Of a stretch of 64,000 nucleotides of DNA, positions 30,398 through 39,235 are shown one piece after another. Under the pieces are notes generated by a model. The model saw only the letters and a list, made by a program, of their open reading frames with translations. It had not been told where the DNA came from and ran no database searches. Origin of the DNA: Alphaproteobacteria bacterium (GTDB taxonomy: Bacteria; Pseudomonadota; Alphaproteobacteria; CAAHEQ01; UBA3637). The stretch's first letter is position 1, and every line of letters starts with the position of its first letter. The stretch is taken from positions 8,433 through 72,432 of the forward strand of contig SUUT01000004.1 of the NCBI GenBank assembly GCA_015062385.1. Direction: 5' to 3'. Both the position numbers and the translations under genes were made by a program.

Positions 30398-30422
30398 AAG
30401 TGACATCAATGTCAGTTAATCG
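30398..30422 (+). promoter_or_regulatory. 25-bp palindromic motif, copy 2
   Basis: AAGTGACATCAATGTCAGTTAATCG, in the divergent intergenic region between 29009-30235 (-) and 30590 (+). Confidence 0.55.
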
Positions 30423-30589
30423 AAAAAGCCTGAATTTTAGCCTATTTTTAAGCTTATTTACTAACAAATCACTAAAAAAATGCACTTTTTTCTAATTTCT
30501 AGCATTTTTTTGCGTACTTTCCCACTAAACCTTGACATAATATACCTGTTAATCAAGAGTAACCCATTGATAAATGAAAGGAATTTAAA

Positions 30590-30775
30590 ATGGAAAACAA
30601 AATTGGAATGGCAAAACAAAATGGTTTGTCGGTCGAAGTTTATGATGTGGAAGGTCATTATCTTTTTTCAAGAACTGGTGAATTAGCAGGATTTACAAGT
30701 CAGACCGTTGCAGTCAAAGAAGGTAATTCTGTTTGTGTCTATGATTCAACCAGTTCATACAAATTTTCAAGATAA
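30590..30775 (+). CDS. Hypothetical small protein (61 aa)
   Basis: AAAGGAA RBS. First gene of a five-gene plus-strand operon. Confidence 0.4.
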   Translation: MENKIGMAKQNGLSVEVYDVEGHYLFSRTGELAGFTSQTVAVKEGNSVCVYDSTSSYKFSR

Positions 30776-30805
30776 TCAATAACAACAAAAGGAAAGGACA
30801 AAATC

Positions 30806-31096
30806 ATGTTAAACAAATTTAGAGAATATTTAATCAGTAAAGGTTTCAAAGAATTTAGTGCATCTAATCGTAGTTCAACAGTAATTGACTATGCCTGGCG
30901 TATATCTAAAATTATTGAACAAGAAGGGATTACAGTTGAACAGCTCTCCACAAATATCAATAAGTACATAGAACTATATGGTAAATTAGGTGAAAAGTGG
31001 AGTACAGGTCAAAGATCACATCAAAGTTATATTAATGCACTCAAAAATTTTAGAAAATTCATCTTAGTTTCACGCTTTGGAGGTCAAAATGCCTAA
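30806..31096 (+). CDS. Hypothetical protein (96 aa)
   Basis: AAAGGAAAGGA RBS. Coupled to the next ORF. Confidence 0.45.
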   Translation: MLNKFREYLISKGFKEFSASNRSSTVIDYAWRISKIIEQEGITVEQLSTNINKYIELYGKLGEKWSTGQRSHQSYINALKNFRKFILVSRFGGQNA

Positions 31097-31286
31097 ATAT
31101 CCAGAGATTACAGTCCAATTAGTAGGGCAAGACTCAAACGCATATGACCTTCTTGGAATATGCAGGCGGGCCATGATCAAAAATGGATTATCACAGTCTG
31201 AAATAGATAAATTTACACAAGAGGCAACTTCCGGCAATTATGATCATCTGTTAGCTACTTGTCTTGATTGGTTTGATGTGGAGTAA
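31089..31286 (+). CDS. Hypothetical small protein (65 aa), mobile-element type
   Basis: The ATG at 31089 is preceded by GGAGG and overlaps the upstream stop. The C-terminal ...EATSGNYDHLLATCLDWFDVE resembles small conserved phage/ICE proteins. Confidence 0.45.
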   Translation: MPKYPEITVQLVGQDSNAYDLLGICRRAMIKNGLSQSEIDKFTQEATSGNYDHLLATCLDWFDVE

Positions 31287-31288
31287 AC

Positions 31289-31615
31289 ATGACAGATACG
31301 GATAAAATCAGACAATTAAATGATATACTCAGGACTACTTTTACTGGTGGCAGGATTTTAACAACAATAGGCATTAGAAGTAAACCCGTAGAAGATGTAT
31401 CAAGAATTTTAGCCAAGGTCAGATCCTATAATAAATTCAATAAATCTAATAACGTGCATGGCGAAAGAGATTATGGTAGTTTTGCATTTAAAGGTGATGT
31501 AATTATATGGAAGATTGACTATTACGATAAAAACTATGAATTCTTGTCTGATAATCCTGCTGATCCAACAATTACAAATCGCGTTCTTACCATCCTGACT
31601 AGTGAAGAATATTGA
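31289..31615 (+). CDS. DUF3768-family protein
   Basis: ...HGERDYGSFAFKGDVIIWKIDYYDKNYEFLSDNPADPTITNRVLTILTSEEY matches the DUF3768 consensus as I remember it. The family is common on plasmids and ICEs. Confidence 0.6.
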   Translation: MTDTDKIRQLNDILRTTFTGGRILTTIGIRSKPVEDVSRILAKVRSYNKFNKSNNVHGERDYGSFAFKGDVIIWKIDYYDKNYEFLSDNPADPTITNRVLTILTSEEY

Positions 31616-31669
31616 TTTTATATAAACTTTATGATATGATTAGATAAAATAAATTGGAAAGTGTTTTAT

Positions 31670-32620
31670 ATGCCAGGATCATATCTGTATATTACGTGTT
31701 TTAAGTGTCAGAAAAAGTATCTGAAAGAGGGTAATTTAAATGGACTCCCTCTATATAAGGTTCGTAATTTTAGTATGGATGGTATTACTCAAATAATTTG
31801 CCCTGAATGTCAAGATATAATTCTTTCCATTAGTCAAGAAATGCTATATGAAATTTATTTTCAAACTGCTGTTGAACAATTTGTAGATAAGAATTATGCA
31901 GAATCCGTTTTTTTTCTTACAAAATCACGAGAAACATTTATAAAATACATCATTGAATTATTATTATATGAAAAAAATTCAGGCATTGATATAGAAGATA
32001 TATGGAGCAAAGGTGTGGCTCTTTCCGAAAGACGATTAGGTGCTTTTTTTTCATTATTCTTTTATAGATTTGGAGAGTTTTTAGATTTAAACAAAATAGA
32101 AACTAATTTACGCAATAAAGTTATGCATGATAGTGTTTATCCCACAGAAGAAGACACAATCAAGTATGCTGACAATATTTTAAACCTTTTTAATACAGTA
32201 ATGAAAAAAATTTTAGAAGAAATTGATTTAAGAATAATTATGTCATTCAATCGTGGCCAACAAAAGAAAAAAATTGATGCGTGTTTAAAAAAATTTAAAG
32301 ATAGACATATACAAATACAGTATGCTTCTGATTCTATTATTTCAAGAAATACTTTTTCAAAATCAGAAGAGGAACAAAATACTAGAAGAGAAATATTTAG
32401 TAAAAAATATCCAGATAAGTGGAAAGAATTAGCATGCCAGGCCAATAAAACAGGAAAAATTATTTATATTAACGAACAAGGGGCAGCAGAGTTGAAAAAT
32501 CGTGTTGAGGATAATGAACCTAAGATTTACCAACCGACACAATCATTTGAGAAGCTTGTGGAAATAATTAGTCAGAGAAAAAAGAGATTTGATAACCATT
32601 CTATAACTCTTGTTATATAA
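31670..32620 (+). CDS. Zinc-ribbon protein with HEPN-like Rx4H motif (candidate RNase/Abi-type effector)
   Basis: The N-terminal CFKCQKK...CPECQD forms a four-Cys ribbon. The central helical region carries ETNLRNKVMHDS (the RNxxxH pattern typical of HEPN). An alternative GTG start lies at 31661. Confidence 0.35.
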   Translation: MPGSYLYITCFKCQKKYLKEGNLNGLPLYKVRNFSMDGITQIICPECQDIILSISQEMLYEIYFQTAVEQFVDKNYAESVFFLTKSRETFIKYIIELLLYEKNSGIDIEDIWSKGVALSERRLGAFFSLFFYRFGEFLDLNKIETNLRNKVMHDSVYPTEEDTIKYADNILNLFNTVMKKILEEIDLRIIMSFNRGQQKKKIDACLKKFKDRHIQIQYASDSIISRNTFSKSEEEQNTRREIFSKKYPDKWKELACQANKTGKIIYINEQGAAELKNRVEDNEPKIYQPTQSFEKLVEIISQRKKRFDNHSITLVI

Positions 32621-32837
32621 TACAATTTTACCATTGAAATCCCAAATCAGCTTAAATCATCCGTGGTGAGCAGTTTTGTTTTTGGTATAGGTTGGCTCAT
32701 TTTTTTCATCCGTTGTGTTCGGTGGCTTGTTTCTGGCTCAATGGGATAGCAATATGTGGTTAAAAGATAAAAATTACAAATCATATCCAAATAGAACGCT
32801 CCATTACTATATCCCACAAATAGCTAATAAATTTTCT

Positions 32838-33518
32838 TCACTTACCGTCACCAAACCATTCATCTTTTTCAGTCTTACCAAATAATATATTAGATGGAAT
32901 AATACGATCTGGGTTCATCTTACTGTCTAATGTAATACTTGTCTCTTTGGTAGAATAATAAAAAATAGCGTCTTCATAACCTGCATAATCAATCTTCTTA
33001 ATATCCATAACAGACGACCTTTTCCTTCCCTTCATATCAACACCATCCACAGTCGGCAGACCCAATCTTTGACTTTTACACGTTTTAATTGTTGCATTTA
33101 TTATATCTGAATCACTATACTTACCCTGATTAAATAATATATGATAATGCCAACAACCCAAACCCTTATGATTTTCTGCAAATGTTATAAACGGTATGTA
33201 ATGATGGATCCAATGACTACCACATAATTGTCTTTCCCAGTTCTTAATTATTCTTTTAAACAGATTCAAAGATACAGTTTCATCATGGCTTCTGTAATTA
33301 GTTGGAAGTTGGATAGATATAAAATGTGTCGGCTTATACCTATCCTTCGTCCAATTCAATATCGCTTTCCTGGCCCTCTTTTGTTGTTGCTGCTGATATA
33401 AATACCTATCATCTTCTGCAGTCCTTTCTAAGCTATCTTTGTACCAGCTGGCTTTTTCATATTGTTTGACCGCTTCCATGACTGCTGTGTAATCCATCTT
33501 ATCTTCTTCTTCTTTCAT
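32838..33518 (-). CDS. Putative HUH-type replication-initiator-like protein
   Basis: ...THFISIQLP...GCWHYHILFN... gives an HUH-like H-Y-H motif preceded by a conserved beta-strand motif. Weak, from memory only. Confidence 0.3.
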   Translation of the reverse strand: MKEEEDKMDYTAVMEAVKQYEKASWYKDSLERTAEDDRYLYQQQQQKRARKAILNWTKDRYKPTHFISIQLPTNYRSHDETVSLNLFKRIIKNWERQLCGSHWIHHYIPFITFAENHKGLGCWHYHILFNQGKYSDSDIINATIKTCKSQRLGLPTVDGVDMKGRKRSSVMDIKKIDYAGYEDAIFYYSTKETSITLDSKMNPDRIIPSNILFGKTEKDEWFGDGK

Positions 33519-33818
33519 CTACTTTCCTTCTGCTACTGGTTATTACTTCTTTCATATAACGGGTATAACTCTCCTTCATCAGCACAAATAACGTTGCACA
33601 ATCCGCGATTTCAATCATATTGCAGCTCCCTTGTCTTCGTTATGGTCAGCGAAATATTTGAGCATTCCGTTTTGATGAGGATGTCTTTTACTTTTTTTCC
33701 GTGCTTTATACTTACTTTTCTTTCCATTAAGATACCCTCGCCAATTTTTATAGAACACCCAAAATTTTTAAACTCACCTAAATAATTTTTCAAATAGTAA
33801 AAAAATAGTTTTTCAAAA

Positions 33819-33843
33819 AAGTGACATCGATGTCACTTAATCG
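33819..33843 (+). promoter_or_regulatory. 25-bp palindromic motif, copy 3 (perfect palindrome core)
   Basis: AAGTGACATCGATGTCACTTAATCG, in the divergent region between 32838-33518 (-) and the recombinase gene (+). Confidence 0.55.
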
Positions 33844-34185
33844 TTTTTATATCTTAAATCAAACTTTTTTAAAATAATTTAGTAGAATTCTTTTGCTTTA
33901 CACATTCTAAACAATATCCAAAAACTGAAAGGATATTAAATGGAAGAATTGAATAAAGAATTAAAAAGGGTTTATCCCAAAGCAACAACAATTGATATAC
34001 ATAATATGATTCAAGATTTAACGGATCTTTGTGTTTGTTGTGTTAAAGCAACAATACAAATGGAAAAAAATCAAATCAAAAATAATGATAAAAAAAACCC
34101 AGAAAATAGTTCGTAAATTACAAAAAAAGATATGTCTTTTCAATAGCTTCTACGACATAATATATACAAAGAAAGGAATAAATGA

Positions 34186-35830
34186 ATGTCCAAATATGAT
34201 ATTGAAGAAGTAAAAGAAACTGAGTGTAAGCAGGCCGTTTTATTCGCCCGTGTATCTAGTTTGAAACAGGACGACGGTGTTTCAAAAGAAGCTCAAATCG
34301 CGGCAATGACAGCTTATTGTAATAAACAAGGATTTAGAATTATTAAAACATATCCCATTACAGAAAGTTCAACAATCGGTAATCGTCCAAAATTTCGTGA
34401 AATGATTGAATTTTTGAAAAAGCAAAAAGAAAAAACGGCTTTGGTTGTTCATTCTGTGGATAGATTGCAACGTGGTTTTGATGAATCCTCTCTTATCAAC
34501 CAATTAGCAAGAGATGGTATTATTGAAGTCCATTTTGTTTGTGAAAATTTCAATATAGATGATGATGTCGAACAATCCAAAGAAATGCAAAATGACATGA
34601 ATGTCTTTACAGCCAAAATGTATGTCTCTGCTTTACGTGCTCATGTAAAAAAAGCAATTAATTACAATTTAAATAATGGTGTATTTCCAGCGAAGGCACC
34701 CCTTGGATACCTTAATTATAGAGATGAAAATAATAATGCCGGTATCAAGTTGGATGAAGAACGAGCCCTAAAATTAAAAGATTGTTTTTAGAATATGCAA
34801 CTGGTTTACATTCAGGGGCGAGTTTGTGGGAAATTGCCAAAGAAATGAATCTAACCACTCGTGCCTCAAAAAAATGTAAATCTCATCTGATTAGCCCAAA
34901 TAAAATCAATGATATTTTGAGAAATCCCTTTTATTGTGGAACGATGGTTGTCAAGAAAAAAGCATATCCACATAATTATGAAAGGATCATTACCACTGAG
35001 TTATTTGAAAAAGTGAAAGATATTTTAGATAACAAAGGTAAGAAAAAAATTATTCCACATCAACAAATTTATAAAAAGAAAGCATTTATTTTTCGTGGGT
35101 TAATCAAATGTGCAGTATGTGGCTGTAGTATTACTTCTGAAGAATACATCAAAAAAAGTGGCCGTATATATCATCATTTAAGGTGTAGTCATATGAGAGG
35201 TGGTTGTAAGCAAAAGCCTGTCCCTGAACCCAAAATATTAAAACAGCTTGATGATGAAGTTTTTTCTAAATTACAAGTACCACCATCTATTTTACAAGCA
35301 CTTCAAAAAAATGTACGTATACGTTTAGAAGAAGAATCACATATTAATGCTGCATTAAAACGTCAAAATACATTAAGATTGGAAGAATTAGCAAATAAAA
35401 AGAAAATCGCTTGCTTGATGTTTATTTAGATGGTGGACTTGCAAAAGAAGAATATCAGGAAGAAAAAACAAAAGTAGAGGCTCAGAAAAAAGATCTTGAA
35501 ACAATCGGTCAAAAACATACTGAAATTACAACTGAAATCAAAGATACGGTACAAAGAATTGTTGAAATCGTTGGTAATTTATCAAATATTATGAAATCAG
35601 CTGATCCAAAAATACAAAATCAAATTTTAAAATTATTGATTAAAGATGCTGTCTTAGATGGTGATAAATTAAAATATGAAGTTCGGGTACCATTCTCTGC
35701 TTTTTTGACTGGTGATGTAAAAAAAGATATTCCGAATTATATCACTACCAATTTAGAAGAGTTCAATCAAATTGCTCACCCCGTTGGACTTATTGCAAAT
35801 TATTTACCTCTTGAAAATACCACGATTTAG
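34186..35830 (+). pseudogene. Large serine recombinase broken by two frameshifts (~34780 and ~35400)
   Basis: Three consecutive overlapping ORFs. The first is the resolvase domain (LFARVSSLKQDD, VHSVDRLQRG). The second is the recombinase domain plus zinc ribbon (CAVCGCSITSEE...LRCSH). The third is a coiled-coil C-terminus. Both shifts lie in T5 or A-rich runs. Confidence 0.85.
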
Positions 35831-35911
35831 AGCTTTTCTCTTGAAAAAAGAATCATTATCATATATACTTTGATCTTGGTAAAAGATTTTATACATTGAT
35901 TGGAGTCCACT

Positions 35912-37873
35912 ATGCCTGATGTAATCCAAGAAGTAAATATATTGAACGATGATCATACTATGTCATCCTTTATTAATGGTGATCCCTTTGAGGCTCTGAC
36001 TCAAATTATTCATAATTCTTTAGATGCAGATGCTAACACCATTAAAATTTCAATAAAATGTAGTGCCTTGGGTATTATTGAATGGATCAAAGTAATTGAT
36101 AATGGATCAGGAATTAAGCAGCCTAATAAAGACAATCCAATGGATCCGTTTCTAAGAAGAGGGTATTCAGAAAAGAAAAGTGGACAGGTCAATATTTTTA
36201 GCAGAAATGTACATGGCAAAAATGGAGAGGGACGCTTTAAAAGTTATGCATTAGGTGGTCATGTTGAGTGGATTTCTAAACGTGCAGATAGTACTACCTG
36301 TAAAATTATGGGAAACTATATGGAACCTCAAAAATTTAAATATATTAATAATTGTGATACCCCAGAAATTACATCAAGAAGTGGAACCATTTTTACTGCT
36401 TATGCCGACGATCGTAATATAAAACTTCCCAATCATGATAAACTAAAAGAAAATTTAGAGCGACATTTTGTGACAATTGTTGATGATTCACGTATCTCGA
36501 TATATTTAGATAGTGAAAAATTAAGTGCACAGCCTCATATTGATAGCACTGAAACACAAACCTTAGATCAACCATATGAGGACGTTGAAACAAAAACAAT
36601 TATATGGAAACAACAGGATACTGACAATAATAAGTTATTTTGGTGTGATAGCGGATACAATATATTAAAAGAAGACAAATTGGAAAATGGTAACAAAAAA
36701 ACAAATTTTTCGTTATATATTGCATCACAAAGAGTAGAAGAAGCTAAAAATAATAATACATTAGACTTAATTTCTTCTAATCAAGATTTTATTGAAATTG
36801 AACAGAGGGCTAGAGACAAAAAAGATGAATTTTTACTAAAACAGAGACAACTTCACTCTTATGATATTATCAAAAAATTAAAGGAAGAAAATATTTATCC
36901 CTATCAAGATAGTCAATCGTCTTCTGAACAAGTTGCTCGTAATTTATATGACAGAATTATAGTTAAAATACATGAGAAAAAGCCTAATGTACTGAAAACA
37001 AAAGAAACACGTCAATTTATTGTTTCAACCGTTAAAGTTTTATTAGAACGTGAACCAGAACATTTTGCCAATATATTACAGAAATTGCTGAATCTGACTT
37101 CAGAGGAAACTAGTGAATTTTCAAAACTATTGGATGAAACGGATCTATCCAATATCATTAAAACATCAACTATGGTGTCTAACCGTTTAAAGTTTTTAGA
37201 AGCTTTAAGGATGTTGGTTTATGGGGATATTGCCGACAAAGTAAAAGAACGTTCTCAATTGCACAAAATAGTTGCTCGAGAAGCGTGGATTTTTGGCGAA
37301 GAGTATAATTTACAAGCTTCAGACAAAACATTTGATACGACAATATCAGAAATTCGCAAAACTATTCCTAATTTCTGCGGAGAGTATGAAGTAGAAGGTG
37401 GTAGTAAAATTCCTGATTTATTTTTTACATCAAAAAGATTTTTTGCAGACCAACCATGGGCTTTAATTGTCGAATTGAAAAGACCGAAAGTTTCCATTGG
37501 AATTGATGAAGTTCAACAGATAAAAAATTATTATAATATTTTGAAGAAGCGTCCAGAATTTGCAAATTGGAAAATTGATTTCATCGTCGTATCATCTGAT
37601 ATAGATCAAGATATTTATGATGGAGAGATTAAAGATAAAAGGACTGGTTTACTAAGATACTCAGAAGAAAATCTTCTTAAAAAAATTTATGTAAAGCGTT
37701 GGGGTGATATTTTAGATCAAAATAATTGCAGTTATGCAAATTTAAAGTTATCTTTAGATATGGATATGGATCAAGATAATGGAGCTCAATATATCAGGGA
37801 CAATTTTGCAGACATTATTGACTTAGATAGTATGATTCAAGTATCAAAAGGAAATGCAAAAACGAGTTCGTAA
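35912..37873 (+). CDS. GHKL ATPase fused to a PD-(D/E)XK nuclease-like C-terminal domain
   Basis: The N-terminal ALTQIIHNSLDADANTIKI (N box) and VIDNGSGI (G1) mark the ATPase. The C-terminal ...KIPDLFF...ALIVELKRPKV gives the D...E-x-K nuclease signature. The ATG at 35912 has a GGAG RBS; the track ORF starts at a TTG at 35900. Confidence 0.6.
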   Translation: MPDVIQEVNILNDDHTMSSFINGDPFEALTQIIHNSLDADANTIKISIKCSALGIIEWIKVIDNGSGIKQPNKDNPMDPFLRRGYSEKKSGQVNIFSRNVHGKNGEGRFKSYALGGHVEWISKRADSTTCKIMGNYMEPQKFKYINNCDTPEITSRSGTIFTAYADDRNIKLPNHDKLKENLERHFVTIVDDSRISIYLDSEKLSAQPHIDSTETQTLDQPYEDVETKTIIWKQQDTDNNKLFWCDSGYNILKEDKLENGNKKTNFSLYIASQRVEEAKNNNTLDLISSNQDFIEIEQRARDKKDEFLLKQRQLHSYDIIKKLKEENIYPYQDSQSSSEQVARNLYDRIIVKIHEKKPNVLKTKETRQFIVSTVKVLLEREPEHFANILQKLLNLTSEETSEFSKLLDETDLSNIIKTSTMVSNRLKFLEALRMLVYGDIADKVKERSQLHKIVAREAWIFGEEYNLQASDKTFDTTISEIRKTIPNFCGEYEVEGGSKIPDLFFTSKRFFADQPWALIVELKRPKVSIGIDEVQQIKNYYNILKKRPEFANWKIDFIVVSSDIDQDIYDGEIKDKRTGLLRYSEENLLKKIYVKRWGDILDQNNCSYANLKLSLDMDMDQDNGAQYIRDNFADIIDLDSMIQVSKGNAKTSS

Positions 37874-37983
37874 ATTGCACACAAAGCCTCGCCAAAAAAA
37901 TCATTTTTTTTATGCGAACCTCGAGAGTTGAACGAGTAGAGTTCAGCAGTTAGTTAGCTTTTAAGAACGAAGTGAATTAAAAG

Positions 37984-38904
37984 CTATACGATGCGAAAGG
38001 GGCCCACTTGTGGGAATACCCAAATCTCGTTAGGGTTGCCAATGTAAACGGTAGGTATAAAAGCTGCTGTTTTGTTCTTTTTGATATTGAATTCTTTTTC
38101 TTGTTCTTTTTTCTTTTGTGTGTTTTGTTTCCAAATTTTACGGGGAGAAATGGGATTTTCTAGTAATTGCCATTTTATTTTATTCGGAAAATGTGTTAAA
38201 ATCATTACCTCCGGAGGTGTTAGAAACCATGTGTTATTAATGGAACGCATGATTTTTACTTTTTCAGGATTTTTTTTGCGGGATCGTATTTCTTTTTTGT
38301 AATCCTTAATGCGGGTTATATCTGCAAATGCGATATAGTTTCCGTTCATTGCCCAAGTTATATCCAGCAAATACCAATCATTGTTGATCTGTACGGCATT
38401 CCACGCATGAAGTGATTGTGATGCGTTTTCCAAGGTTAAATCATATCCTGCCGATCCATTAATACGTTCTGCATTTAAATGTGCCAAACGACACATTTTT
38501 AAAAATAAATCGGCAATGTCTCCACAAATTCCAACTCGTGTTTTATAAGGATTCCCACTGTTGAGTTTATATGAATGCTTTTTTTGATTGTTTCCGGTTA
38601 TAATGGTCGCTTTGAACGAATCATATTCAATGTGATATGCAATCCACGCAAAAATAACTCGAACCTTTAATTTTTCATCGTGTTGATATGGACGAATTAA
38701 ATAATTGACTAAATCAGATATTTTTTCAAATTCCGGCGCATTTTTAGCATATAAATCAACCGTTTGATAAGATAATGTCTCAGGTGTATTACTTGTTTCC
38801 GATTTGTATGGGGTTGACAACTTAAAATAAACAGGTTTTGGTCCTAAAGCTAAAACCGGAACACAATAAATAAGAAAGGGAATTAAAAGAATATATTTTA
38901 TCAA
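37984..38904 (-). CDS. Secreted transglutaminase-like cysteine protease-fold protein
   Basis: Cys-His-Asp triad context is GICGDIADLF, LHAWNAV and LLDITW. The signal-like N-terminus is IKYILLIPFLIYCVPVLALG. The track ORF start (38994) runs through the upstream terminator hairpin, so a TTG near 38904 is more likely. The last ~22 codons lie in island-2 DNA. Confidence 0.6.
   Translation of the reverse strand: MIKYILLIPFLIYCVPVLALGPKPVYFKLSTPYKSETSNTPETLSYQTVDLYAKNAPEFEKISDLVNYLIRPYQHDEKLKVRVIFAWIAYHIEYDSFKATIITGNNQKKHSYKLNSGNPYKTRVGICGDIADLFLKMCRLAHLNAERINGSAGYDLTLENASQSLHAWNAVQINNDWYLLDITWAMNGNYIAFADITRIKDYKKEIRSRKKNPEKVKIMRSINNTWFLTPPEVMILTHFPNKIKWQLLENPISPRKIWKQNTQKKKEQEKEFNIKKNKTAAFIPTVYIGNPNEIWVFPQVGPFRIV
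38021..38050 (+). repeat. attR of island 2 (partial duplicate of the tRNA-Glu 3' end)
   Basis: CAAATCTCGTTAGGGTTGCCAATGTAAACG, compared with 26645-26678. Confidence 0.75.
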
Positions 38905-38920
38905 TTTAGTTTCTTGAAAT

Positions 38921-38950
38921 AAAAATCCTCTGTTTAGCAGAGGATTTTTA
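38921..38950 (-). terminator. Rho-independent terminator of the small nrdD-like gene
   Basis: On the minus strand: AAAAATCCTCTG CTAA ACAGAGGATTTTT followed by T-rich sequence. Confidence 0.7.
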
Positions 38951-38957
38951 GCTGTAA

Positions 38958-39152
38958 TTAAGCGGCTTTTTCTATTTCTATATGACAGGAACAATTATCT
39001 TCTAAGAACCATTTTCGGTCATTAAATTCAGATTTTTTACCTGTATTAAATTGGCTGTATGGTCTGAAATATCCCATTACACGAGTCCAACATTCTACCG
39101 GTTGACGTTCTTGTTCATTGAGTTTTAAAATTTCATTGTCTGTCATAGACAT
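38958..39152 (-). CDS. Small (64 aa) NrdD C-terminus-like glycyl-radical domain protein
   Basis: ...CWTRVMGYFRPYSQFNTGKKSEFNDRKWF resembles the RVxGY glycyl-radical segment at the C-terminus of class III RNR. NrdR-like boxes lie upstream. Confidence 0.5.
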   Translation of the reverse strand: MSMTDNEILKLNEQERQPVECWTRVMGYFRPYSQFNTGKKSEFNDRKWFLEDNCSCHIEIEKAA

Positions 39153-39189
39153 AAGCTGCTCCTTTTTGGGTTTAAATTTATATTAATAA

Positions 39190-39235
39190 CCACAATATAT
39201 AGATGGTATAAAAGAAATAATACTATATCTTGTGT
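39190..39235. promoter_or_regulatory. Tandem NrdR-box-like operators
   Basis: CCACAATATATAGATG (39190-39205) and ATACTATATCTTGTGT (39220-39235) match the consensus acaCwAtATaTwGtgt at about 12/16 and 14/16 by eye. Box starts are 30 bp apart. Confidence 0.5.

Larger units (their letters stand above)
26645..38050. mobile_element. ~11.4-kb integrative element in the 3' end of tRNA-Glu (MTase, DUF3768, Rep-like gene, decayed serine recombinase, GHKL-nuclease cargo)
   Basis: A ~30-bp imperfect direct repeat regenerates the tRNA 3' end. Gene content is plasmid/ICE-like, and an element-specific 25-bp motif occurs three times. Confidence 0.7.

Noticed and set aside
717-38050. Possibility that either island is a prophage.
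   Set aside because: No capsid, tail, portal, terminase or lysis genes are recognisable. The content is defence, R-M, recombinase and replicon-type only.
38905-38994. Upstream 30 codons of the transglutaminase-like ORF.
   Set aside because: This part spans the rho-independent terminator hairpin of the preceding gene (38921-38950). The signal peptide begins just after it.
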